From Myxococcota bacterium (GTDB lineage: Bacteria; Myxococcota_A; UBA9160; UBA6930): 64,000 nt of DNA. Location: assembly GCA_965223705.1 (NCBI GenBank), contig OZ245015.1, forward strand, positions 4,352,001 to 4,416,000. Direction: 5' to 3'. A program made the translations under genes and the position numbers. The notes under the pieces were generated by a model that had not been told where the DNA came from, made no database searches, and saw only the letters and a list, made by a program, of their open reading frames with translations. Of this stretch, positions 38,707 through 46,680 are shown in pieces; the first letter of the stretch is position 1; every line of letters starts with the position of its first letter.

Positions 38707-38783
38707 GCGCCGGTAGCTCAGCTGGATAGAGCATCAGGCTTCGAACCTGAGGGTCGGGGGTTCGAATCCCTCCCGGCGTGCCA
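38707..38783 (+). tRNA. tRNA-Arg(UCG)
   Basis: GCGCCGG-TA-GCTCAGCTGGATAGAGC-A-TCAGG-CTTCGAA-CCTGA...GGTTCGAATCC...CCGGCGT-G-CCA. Confidence 0.96.
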
Positions 38784-38812
38784 CGCAGATCCCACGTGAC
38801 AACGAACCCCCC

Positions 38813-39633
38813 TCACCGGAGGACCGATTTCTGGGTCCCGGCGCCCTTTGCGGCTTGCTTCCAAAAATCGAGCGAGCCGTGCTCGAGGAGCTCGCGACCG
38901 CACTCGGCGAGGGCTTCGTACGCGGCGAGGTAGAAGCCACTACCCACGGAAACCCGCGCGACTCCGAGGGCTGCGAGCTCTGGCACCTTCGGCGTGTTGG
39001 GAAGCACGAGGACATTGAGCGGCGCCCCCGCTTCGCCCGCCGCTCGCTCGATTTCGGCCGGATCCGAGAGACCCGGCGCATACACGACGTCGGCGCCGGC
39101 CTTCGCGTACGCAACCAATCGGGTCAGCGTGTCATCGAAGGACGTGCGCCCGTGCAGGTAGTTCTCGGTCCGGGCGGTCAAGATGATCCGGTGCTCGGCG
39201 TCCCGGGCCGTCGCCGCGGCGGCGGCAATGCGCTCCACCGCGAGATCGATCGGGTATCTCCAATCGGGTCGTCGGCTCGACCGGAATAGTCCTCGACCGA
39301 GCAACCGGCGAGGCCGGTCGCTGCAGCGAGGCGGACGTTCGCAGCCACTTCCTCCGGCGCGTCGGCGAAGCCATTCTCGAAATCCGCGTTGACAGGCAAC
39401 GGTGTCGCCTCCACCAGCTCCGCCGCGTGGGCGAGCACTTCGTCGCGGCTCAAGCCGTAGTCCGAACGGCCGAGGCTACCCGCGTAGCCCGCGCTGGTGG
39501 TCGCAAGAGCCCGATACCCGAGCGATGCCAAGAGTTTGGCACTTCCAGGATCCCAAGGATTCGGCATGAGTAGCGGATCGCCTGGGCGATGAAGTTCGAG
39601 AAAAGCCGCCGCGCGGTTCTTCGCTTCGGTCAT
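38813..39633 (-). pseudogene. Isocitrate lyase/PEP mutase family gene, frameshifted near 39257-39261
   Basis: N-half PNPWDPGSA, ATTSAG, NADFENGF, SVED in one frame; C-half LAVERI, LTARTEN, GADVVYAPG, RVSVG in another. Confidence 0.88.
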
Positions 39634-41714
39634 GGGTTGAGCTTCTCGGATGCGTCCTTCTCGTCGTGATCGGGGGCCGGGGATCCGGCCGTTCCATCGA
39701 GCAGCGCGCGGATTCGCTGCGCCAGCTCCGAGGCGGTAAATGGCTTTGCCAAGAACCCGGTGTCCGGACGGTCGATTGAGGTAGGCCAGAGAGCCTCTCC
39801 GTCGTGCCCCGAAACGAACAACACCGGGAGGTCATTCCGGATATCGCGAACCGCCGACGCCAGCTGAGGGCCCGACATCGCAGGGAGGGCGACGTCGGTG
39901 AGCAGAAGATCCACCGCGTCGGGCGCGTCGCTGAAGGATTCGAGAGCCGGCTCCGCGGCGTCTTCAAAAAGCGACTTGTATCCCAAGTCGGCCAGACGCT
40001 GGACCAGGAGATCGCGAACGGTGCGATCGTCTTCCACGAGCAAGATCGTCTCGCCGGAACCGCGCGGGACCGCGGTATCCACCGCTCGGACGACCGAGGT
40101 AGCGGCGTCGAGCTGCCTGGGAAGGTAAACCTCGACGACGGTGCCCTCGCCCTTTGCCGTTCGAAGCGCGACCGCCCCGTGGCTCTGCTCGACGATTCCG
40201 TACACCGACGCCAAGCCGAGACCGTTCCCACCCCGGTCGCGCTTGGTCGTGAAGAAGGGTTCGAAAGCTCGGGCTTTCGTAGTCTCGTCCATCCCGATTC
40301 CGTCGTCGGCGACCTCAAGGCAGACGTAGTCCCCAGGCGGGATCCCCAGACTGGCTCCCCGATCCGCGTCCACCGGTGCATTGCGACAAGACAGATGAAT
40401 CGAGCCGCCGGATTGGGTGGCGTCGCGGGCGTTGGCAACGAGGTTCAAGACAATTTGTTCGAGCTGACTGATATCGACCTCGATGGTTCCGAGCTCGTCT
40501 TCTGGCTGGGTGATGGTCAGGCGGCGGTTCCCGAGCGCCGCCAGCATCGACTCGCGTTCGGCGAGAAACACGTCGAGGCGTACCGGGGTGAGTTCTCGCG
40601 ACTGCTGCTGTCCGAACTCGAGGAGGCGATTGGTGAGATCCCGAGCGCTATCTACCGCACGCCGAATCTCGGCACTCGCCCGGGGATTCATCGGCGCCTC
40701 GGCGTAGCTGCCGATCACGGTCAGGAGGTTGTTGAAATCGTGGGCCATGCCCCCGGCGAGCGTCCCCAAGCTCTTGAGGCGCTGGGCGTCGATCAGCTGA
40801 TTGCGCTCGTTCTTCTCGCGCGTAATGTCGCGCAGCCCGACCGCCCGCCGGAATCCGCCGCTCGCACTCTCGTAGGCCCGAAACAAATTCGCTTCGACCC
40901 AAACCCAGTGGCCATTGCGATGGCGAATGCGAAATTCGGTGCGCGCGCTGTCCTCCGCTTCGTAGGCCGCGCGAACGAGGCGCCCGATAGAGGGAAGATC
41001 GTCCGGGTGCAGGAACTCGCGGGCTCGCCAGTTACGCTGGGCGAGTTCCTCGGGCGCGTAACCCGCCAGCTCACCGACGTTGGGGCTCGAGTGGGTCATC
41101 GCGTCCAACGGATCGCCCCGGGTGGCTTTGAACTCGAGAATGTGAAGCGGACCCTCGGCAATGCTCTGGAACCGCTTTCGGTGGTCCGCCAGTGCTTCGC
41201 GCTCGGCGAGCATAAACGTCTCGGCCGCGAGGAGAGCGATGCATTGGCACCCGACGATCGCGATGGGAGCCAAGTGCTCCGCGACCGACAGGTTCGCCAA
41301 CCCTTCAGATCCGGCGACGAGAGCGAGGGCGATCAGTGCCATGACGGTCCACCGAAGCACACCGCCCGGAGCCGACAGCAGGAGGGCCGCCACGGGAACC
41401 ATCACCAACACGTAAAGCGACGGCTGACCGGTGGCGACATTGTGACCGGTCACAATCACGGTAAATGCGGCCAGAAAGAGCGTCGTCGCGCGATCCAGCG
41501 GGAGGAACCAAAAGCAGACGACGAGCGGGACCAAGGCGAGCCGCATCAAGAAGCTGGGGAGAGCGTCTTCGGGCTGGACGATGAGCGGCGCGAGAAGCAC
41601 GGAGCTCAAGACCCAGACGCCGAATGCCACGAACAGCGTCCGTGCGCGCCGCTGCTCATCGGGGTCGGCGGTCCGATGAGCCCGCGGCAGGAGGCGATCA
41701 ATCCAGGCGACCAT
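39630..41714 (-). CDS. Multi-TM PAS hybrid histidine kinase/receiver
   Basis: Several TMs, PAS (LHPDD, GHWVW), LGTLAGGMAHDFNN, NARDA, PFFTTK, REC (VEDD, TDVALP, KPF). Confidence 0.92.
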   Translation of the reverse strand: MVAWIDRLLPRAHRTADPDEQRRARTLFVAFGVWVLSSVLLAPLIVQPEDALPSFLMRLALVPLVVCFWFLPLDRATTLFLAAFTVIVTGHNVATGQPSLYVLVMVPVAALLLSAPGGVLRWTVMALIALALVAGSEGLANLSVAEHLAPIAIVGCQCIALLAAETFMLAEREALADHRKRFQSIAEGPLHILEFKATRGDPLDAMTHSSPNVGELAGYAPEELAQRNWRAREFLHPDDLPSIGRLVRAAYEAEDSARTEFRIRHRNGHWVWVEANLFRAYESASGGFRRAVGLRDITREKNERNQLIDAQRLKSLGTLAGGMAHDFNNLLTVIGSYAEAPMNPRASAEIRRAVDSARDLTNRLLEFGQQQSRELTPVRLDVFLAERESMLAALGNRRLTITQPEDELGTIEVDISQLEQIVLNLVANARDATQSGGSIHLSCRNAPVDADRGASLGIPPGDYVCLEVADDGIGMDETTKARAFEPFFTTKRDRGGNGLGLASVYGIVEQSHGAVALRTAKGEGTVVEVYLPRQLDAATSVVRAVDTAVPRGSGETILLVEDDRTVRDLLVQRLADLGYKSLFEDAAEPALESFSDAPDAVDLLLTDVALPAMSGPQLASAVRDIRNDLPVLFVSGHDGEALWPTSIDRPDTGFLAKPFTASELAQRIRALLDGTAGSPAPDHDEKDASEKLNP

Positions 41715-41718
41715 ACCG

Positions 41719-42528
41719 TTAGATTAGCTCGTCGCCGTGGCTGCCCGCGGTGCCGCGAAAGACACCCCGTGCGGGCAGGGCGAGGATCTCGAAGGTATTC
41801 AAGGAGCGACCAATGCCGGGAAGTCCCGTATCGATGCGAGAGACCGACGTGCTCTCGCCGAAAGAGCCAAGCCAGCGGTCCCAGATCGAGAAAATGGTGC
41901 CGTAGTTCGTATTCAGCAGCAGATTCTCACGGCTGTGGTGCCGACGGTGAAGCGCGGGCGTCACAATCATACGCGAGAGAATCCGTTCGAGCCTTGCGGG
42001 CAGGTTGATGTTTCCATGCTCCCAAAGGTTGGCCAGGCCGAAGAGCAACTCGAAGGCCAAGATTCCTGAAACGGGAGCGCCGAGGGCCGCGACGGCAAAG
42101 AGGCGCAGAGGAAGCGCAAGCAAGAGCTCGCCTGGGTGGAAGCGAAGGGCCGTCGTGACGGTGTAAGCCGGGTCCGAATGGTGCGCTTGGTGAAAGCGCC
42201 ACAACAACGTCACTTGGTGGTTGGCCCGATGCCAGGCGTACGAAACAAAGTCGATGCCGACGATTGTGACCACTACCCCGAGCCAGGAAGGCGCGGCGCC
42301 TTGATTGAGGAGACCGAAGCCCGCACGGCTTGCCCAGTCTGACGCGGCGCAGGCGCATCCCGCGCAAACGGCTCCAAGAATGATCGTGTTAAGGGCCCCC
42401 AATCCACCGTTTGCTCGCCAGCTGCCGAGGAGCACGCGGTGCGGTCGCATGTGTTGCAAGCCCACTGCCGACGCAAATGCGAACCCGAGACCAATCGACT
42501 TCGCGATCTGGTACTCCGCCTCGGTCAT
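41719..42528 (-). CDS. Sterol desaturase/fatty acid hydroxylase family
   Basis: His boxes HRANH, HQAHHSD, RFHPGE, HRRHHS, NYG..SIWDR. Confidence 0.92.
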   Translation of the reverse strand: MTEAEYQIAKSIGLGFAFASAVGLQHMRPHRVLLGSWRANGGLGALNTIILGAVCAGCACAASDWASRAGFGLLNQGAAPSWLGVVVTIVGIDFVSYAWHRANHQVTLLWRFHQAHHSDPAYTVTTALRFHPGELLLALPLRLFAVAALGAPVSGILAFELLFGLANLWEHGNINLPARLERILSRMIVTPALHRRHHSRENLLLNTNYGTIFSIWDRWLGSFGESTSVSRIDTGLPGIGRSLNTFEILALPARGVFRGTAGSHGDELI

Positions 42529-42572
42529 AGGCGGCTTAGGGTACTCGATTTCGTGTAGGATCAATCAGCCGG

Positions 42573-44228
42573 CTAGCAGCACCCCGAGGAGCACGATGCC
42601 GCGCTCGGTCGGTACGAGCGCTCGGACACTCCGGAAGAGCCGCCCAACTCGCTCGCCGTCGGAGCGCTTGCTGTCGCAGTGCTCGCGCGCTTTCCGTGGC
42701 CCGCCGTCTCGACGCCTCGCGTCGCGATGTGGAAGTCACTGTCGCCGACCGAAAAGTCGATTTCGATAGCGTCATCGCCTACCGAACGCCAACGGGGGTA
42801 GGGTTCATCCTCACAGAAAACCCGAACGTTACGAGCCGACGCCAGCTGAGTCACGCGGAACGAGGAATCGCTTCCGCGTTTTGAAGGCGTCGCCGCATAC
42901 GTGGTCACGTGAAGCTCGCCAGTCTCGTGTTCGTTCCACGCGCGAGAAATACCGACGGTCGGATAGTCGACTCCCTCGAGCGTGGGCTCCTGGAACCGAC
43001 GCGCATGGTCTGGATTGTTGAAGACCCGCCGCCAGGAGCCCGGTTCGCCCGCTTCACTGAGCATCAGAAGAGAAGCGAGCTGTCCGCGGGGCCAGTCTTC
43101 TCCCGTTCCGAACCAGTACCCGAAGCGGGAATTGTCCTCCCCGAACTGACGCGGTTCCGAAATTCGATCGATGCACTCGGCCAAGCGTTTCTCAGTGGTG
43201 TCGTCGCCCACTTCTCGTGCGACAAGATGGCCGATTACCAGCAAGCGCGGGTCGAGCGATGCGAGCACCGGCTTGGCCGGATCACTCCAACCCACCAAGC
43301 GCGCGCCTTCTCGGTACAGAAACTCACCGAACTCCGGGTGTTGCGGCAACACGTAGGGTGTGATCAGCAAAGCGGCGAGCCCGGAGGCCTGCCCTGGGAA
43401 CTGGCAGAGAACTTCTTCGAGGGGGTCGTAGTAGAGCGGAAAAGAAGCGAGCCCACCCTTCGAATCGAGCTTCAGGTAATGCGCCTTTGCGAACTCGACC
43501 CAATCGTCGTAGACACCGTGGAAAGCATTGCCCGAAACCTGATCGTAGAGTTTGAGACCCAACCCGGCCGACGAGACACAGGCGGGCCAGATCTTCGTGT
43601 TCTCGCAGTGCGGCCCCTGCGGTCGATCCTTCCACTGCGCGTTCAAGAACTCGGCGATCCGATAGTGCGTCCACTCGAAGGTCTGCTCGCGATAACCGGC
43701 GACCCGAAACGGCGCTTCCCATTTTTCATCGCCCGCGACGTAGCGGTAGATCGACAACAGCAGGTTGAACCAACCGCGAAAGAACAGGTTTCCGTCGGAG
43801 CCGATGGGGTCGGGCTGAAGCCCCCACGGTTCGACGCCGTTGCCCGTCCAGCCGGGCGGGTCGTACCGGCCCTGCAAGTGCGGGGGTAGGTACGCCAACC
43901 ACTCCGGCGGGTAGTCGGCTTGATGCGGGTCGTGACCGATCAACGTGAGCCAATCAACGGCGGCCCAGAAACTCGTGTGCCGGCCGACCAGCTCGTCGGC
44001 GATTCGGGTGTACACCTCGCGCCACGCGGGCGTTCGATCGGCGAGGACGGGAAGGATGTAGCTCGTCTCCGCGAGATCGAAGCGCGGGAAGCTGCACATC
44101 GGCGCCGTGCTCGTCTGATCCCACCAAGGATGAGGCGAACCCTCGGTCGACCAATCGTCTTCCGTTGTCGCTTTGTCCCATAGAAAGCGGAGCCAGCCCT
44201 GAACGCGAGGCGCGATCGCTTCGACCAT
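42573..44228 (-). CDS. Linalool dehydratase/isomerase (Ldi)-like protein
   Basis: DPI...GNLFFRG and GPHCENTKIWPAC resemble the Ldi DP..ENIMYKG and CE-x7-C segments; Cys-rich tail SCSSGCC. Confidence 0.6.
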   Translation of the reverse strand: MVEAIAPRVQGWLRFLWDKATTEDDWSTEGSPHPWWDQTSTAPMCSFPRFDLAETSYILPVLADRTPAWREVYTRIADELVGRHTSFWAAVDWLTLIGHDPHQADYPPEWLAYLPPHLQGRYDPPGWTGNGVEPWGLQPDPIGSDGNLFFRGWFNLLLSIYRYVAGDEKWEAPFRVAGYREQTFEWTHYRIAEFLNAQWKDRPQGPHCENTKIWPACVSSAGLGLKLYDQVSGNAFHGVYDDWVEFAKAHYLKLDSKGGLASFPLYYDPLEEVLCQFPGQASGLAALLITPYVLPQHPEFGEFLYREGARLVGWSDPAKPVLASLDPRLLVIGHLVAREVGDDTTEKRLAECIDRISEPRQFGEDNSRFGYWFGTGEDWPRGQLASLLMLSEAGEPGSWRRVFNNPDHARRFQEPTLEGVDYPTVGISRAWNEHETGELHVTTYAATPSKRGSDSSFRVTQLASARNVRVFCEDEPYPRWRSVGDDAIEIDFSVGDSDFHIATRGVETAGHGKRASTATASAPTASELGGSSGVSERSYRPSAASCSSGCC

Positions 44229-44788
44229 CAATACTCCGGTGCCCGCTGACCCGCGGCGACCCGAATCAACAAGAGCTTCGCTCGTTGCCGAGCCGCCGCC
44301 GACCAATTCGGATCGAGATCCGCCGCTGCCGCTTCTCGCGTGATCGACCGCGCAGCTTCGATGTCGTCACGCGGCCGGACGTACGCGCCGGGAAAGCGAT
44401 CCGGCTGCCGACGAAGCCGGGCCAACGGATTGGCCGCATCGATTCTCCCGAGGAACCACACGAAGAGCATCAGGTTGCCGTCGAGCCGGGCTGCTTTTCG
44501 CGACATCCCGTCGAGCAAGCGCTCGATGCCCTTCGAGGAGAGAAGAACCGCGAGCGCGTCGGAAGACGTTTTGAACCAGAGCCGCAAATCGGAATCGGAA
44601 GCGGCCCCCGACTCCGACACCATGGCCCGCGACACACTGCGGAACTGGCGAGCCACGCCGTCGTCTGTCTCGATCGTCACAGTCCGATCGGCGGAGAGCG
44701 CCGCGCGAAACGCGGGGCGGCTGCGACTCGCGTGCGTCAACAGCGCCCCGAGGGCGAAGAGCAGCGATCTGAGGACGAGACGGGCCAT
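44228..44788 (-). CDS. Hypothetical protein with SCP2/sterol-carrier-like N-terminal fold
   Basis: TVTIETDDG.ARQF...DLRLWF...ARLDGNLML; TGATG coupling to the Ldi-like gene. Confidence 0.5.
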   Translation of the reverse strand: MARLVLRSLLFALGALLTHASRSRPAFRAALSADRTVTIETDDGVARQFRSVSRAMVSESGAASDSDLRLWFKTSSDALAVLLSSKGIERLLDGMSRKAARLDGNLMLFVWFLGRIDAANPLARLRRQPDRFPGAYVRPRDDIEAARSITREAAAADLDPNWSAAARQRAKLLLIRVAAGQRAPEY

Positions 44789-44821
44789 ACCGTATGTTGA
44801 CAGAGGCGCCGTCGGTGCGCC

Positions 44822-45604
44822 TCACCCCATCAACCCGGGGTTCGCGCCACCGTCGATGGTGATGTTGGCGCCGTGGATAAAAGCGGCTCGAGGCGAAGCG
44901 AGAAACAGGGCGAGATCCGCCACTTCTTTCGGTTCGCCCGCGCGCCCGAGTGGTGTCATATTGCGGAGCGTTTCTTCGCGTGAGCCCCCGCCCGGCGCCA
45001 ACGTGTCGAGAAACAGCAGAAGCCGCTCGGTCAAGATCGGCCCGGGATTGATCCCCACCACGCGGACCGACGCTTCTGCCCCCTCGTCCGCCAGCGCTTT
45101 CGTAAAGTGATTGAGGGCAGCGTTCGCGGCGCCTCCCACCATGTACCCGGCAACCGGCCGCAATCCGCCGGTTCCGATCACATTCACGATCACGCCCCCT
45201 CCCTGTGTCTTCATGATGGGGAGCACGGCTCGCGCCATCCGCATGTAGCCGAAGAACTTGAGCGTCCAATCTTCGAGCCACGCTTCATCGGTAATCTCGA
45301 GAAAGCTTCCAGGTCGTGCGCTGCCGGCGTTGTTAATCAGAATGTCGATGCTACCGAAGCGGTCCCGAACGCTTTCGGCGACCCGGAGAATGTCGGCACC
45401 TTGTGTGAGATCCGCCGCGATACCCAACATGTTGTCGCGACCGCGGCCCGGTGCAGCGGCGATCGTTTCGTCGATCCCCTCCTGCCCGCGGGCGCAAATC
45501 GCGACCGACGCGCCTTCTTCGACGAATCCCCATGCCGTAGCGCGTCCTATTCCTTGACTCCCGCCGGTGACGAGCACCACTTTGCCTTCGAGACCGAGTT
45601 GCAT
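44822..45604 (-). CDS. Short-chain dehydrogenase/reductase
   Basis: VTGGSQGIG, DILINNAG, INPGPILT, PLGRAGEP.EVA, IDGG; YxxxK not canonical (GGAANAAL). Confidence 0.9.
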   Translation of the reverse strand: MQLGLEGKVVLVTGGSQGIGRATAWGFVEEGASVAICARGQEGIDETIAAAPGRGRDNMLGIAADLTQGADILRVAESVRDRFGSIDILINNAGSARPGSFLEITDEAWLEDWTLKFFGYMRMARAVLPIMKTQGGGVIVNVIGTGGLRPVAGYMVGGAANAALNHFTKALADEGAEASVRVVGINPGPILTERLLLFLDTLAPGGGSREETLRNMTPLGRAGEPKEVADLALFLASPRAAFIHGANITIDGGANPGLMG

Positions 45605-45670
45605 ACGTCCTCCTAAACGCTCGCGCCCCACCGCGCGCTATGCTTTAACGCAGCGACCAGGGAGATCACA

Positions 45671-46183
45671 ATGCCGCTCCGATTCGCCGAAGGCGACGTT
45701 TTTCCCGAATTCGAACTCGAGGATCACCGAGGTCAAAAGATCACGTGCGATTCCCTGATGGATGGCAAGCCGACGATCCTCGTTTTCTTCCGCGGCCCTT
45801 GGTGACCCAAGTGACAGGTCCAACTGCAGGAACTGGTCGAGTTCCACCGTCGCACCGCTGTCGCCTACTGCCAAATCGCCGCTATCTCGGTCGATCCGCC
45901 CCGAGTTTTAGAAGCGTTTCGCGCCGGCCTGGGCGCGCCTTTCACGTTCCTGTCGGATCAAGAGCTCACGCTTACCGACGCCCTCGGGATTCGCGAAACC
46001 ACGGATCAACGCCACGGGCCTCTGCCCGTCCCGATGACCTTTGCCCTGCTGCCAGACCGACAAATTCATCGGGTCTTCAACGGTTGGTATTTCGTCGGGC
46101 GCCCGACTCCTGAGGAACTCCGCCAGACGATTCGTCAGCTGGTGGATGCAACGGTTTCTGATCTGGATTTTCGAGGCGACTAG
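45671..46183 (+). CDS. AhpC/TSA-type redoxin, predicted selenoprotein with UxxU motif (two in-frame TGA); not in the ORF track
   Basis: GGAG RBS plus ATG 45671; GDVFPEFELEDHRG...ILVFFRGPW-TGA(45803)-P-K-TGA(45812)-QVQL...AISVD...FTFLSD...PMTFAL...GRPTPEELR; otherwise open to TAG 46181. Confidence 0.85.
45829..45845 (+). promoter_or_regulatory. Candidate bacterial SECIS hairpin
   Basis: GGAACT-GGTCG-AGTTCC, a perfect 6-bp stem with G-starting loop, beginning 14 nt after the second TGA. Confidence 0.6.
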
Positions 46184-46215
46184 TTCGCCCGTTCCGAACG
46201 CAACGAGGAGCTCTC

Positions 46216-46632
46216 ATGGCGAATCGATCGATGACGGGGAGATGTCTATGCGGCGCTGTGACGTTCTCAGCCGAAGACGTCGAGCCGCATATTCACGCGT
46301 GCCACTGTGGCATGTGCCGACGCTGGTCCGGCGGTCCGGGCATGGCCGTCTCGGTGGGTTCGATCTCCTTCACCGGCGCAGACGAGCTCAGAACCTACGA
46401 CTCGTCGGAATGGGCGGAGCGCGGATTCTGCGGCGTGTGTGGCAGCAACCTCTTCTACAGGCTGAAAGAACAGGATCGGTACGTGGTTTGGAACGGCGCG
46501 CTGGATGATCCGACAGACTTTGAGCTCACCGGCGAGATCTACATCGATGAAAAACCGAGCTCCTACGATTTCGCCGGAGACCACCCGCGTCTCACCGGGC
46601 AAGAATTCTTGAAATCGGTGGGCATGGCCTGA
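46216..46632 (+). CDS. GFA (glutathione-dependent formaldehyde-activating/CENP-V) family protein
   Basis: GRCLCGAV, CHCGMCRR, ERGFCGVCGS. Confidence 0.93.
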   Translation: MANRSMTGRCLCGAVTFSAEDVEPHIHACHCGMCRRWSGGPGMAVSVGSISFTGADELRTYDSSEWAERGFCGVCGSNLFYRLKEQDRYVVWNGALDDPTDFELTGEIYIDEKPSSYDFAGDHPRLTGQEFLKSVGMA

Positions 46633-46680
46633 CTCGACGCTGGTAGCACCCAGTAGCAGACTCCGAGTACCTTCCTCGCC

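Noticed and set aside
35892..38783. tRNA-anchored genomic island or prophage
   Set aside because: No integrase or transposase, and no duplicated tRNA 3' end noticed by eye
39804..42008. 734-aa plus-strand ORF and similar long antisense ORFs (e.g. 46885-48336, 21840-23024, 16525-17640)
   Set aside because: Antisense shadows of motif-supported genes, expected in high-GC DNA
45803..45814. Genome-wide TGA reassignment (Trp/Gly) as the explanation for the in-frame TGAs
   Set aside because: TGA ends many well-supported genes here (e.g. at 3209, 10032, 48981), and other genes show no internal TGA
45638..46508. ORF-track calls 45638-45874(-), 45745-46113(+) and 46041-46508(+)
   Set aside because: No recognisable motifs; better explained as shadows of the TGA-containing redoxin and the GFA gene
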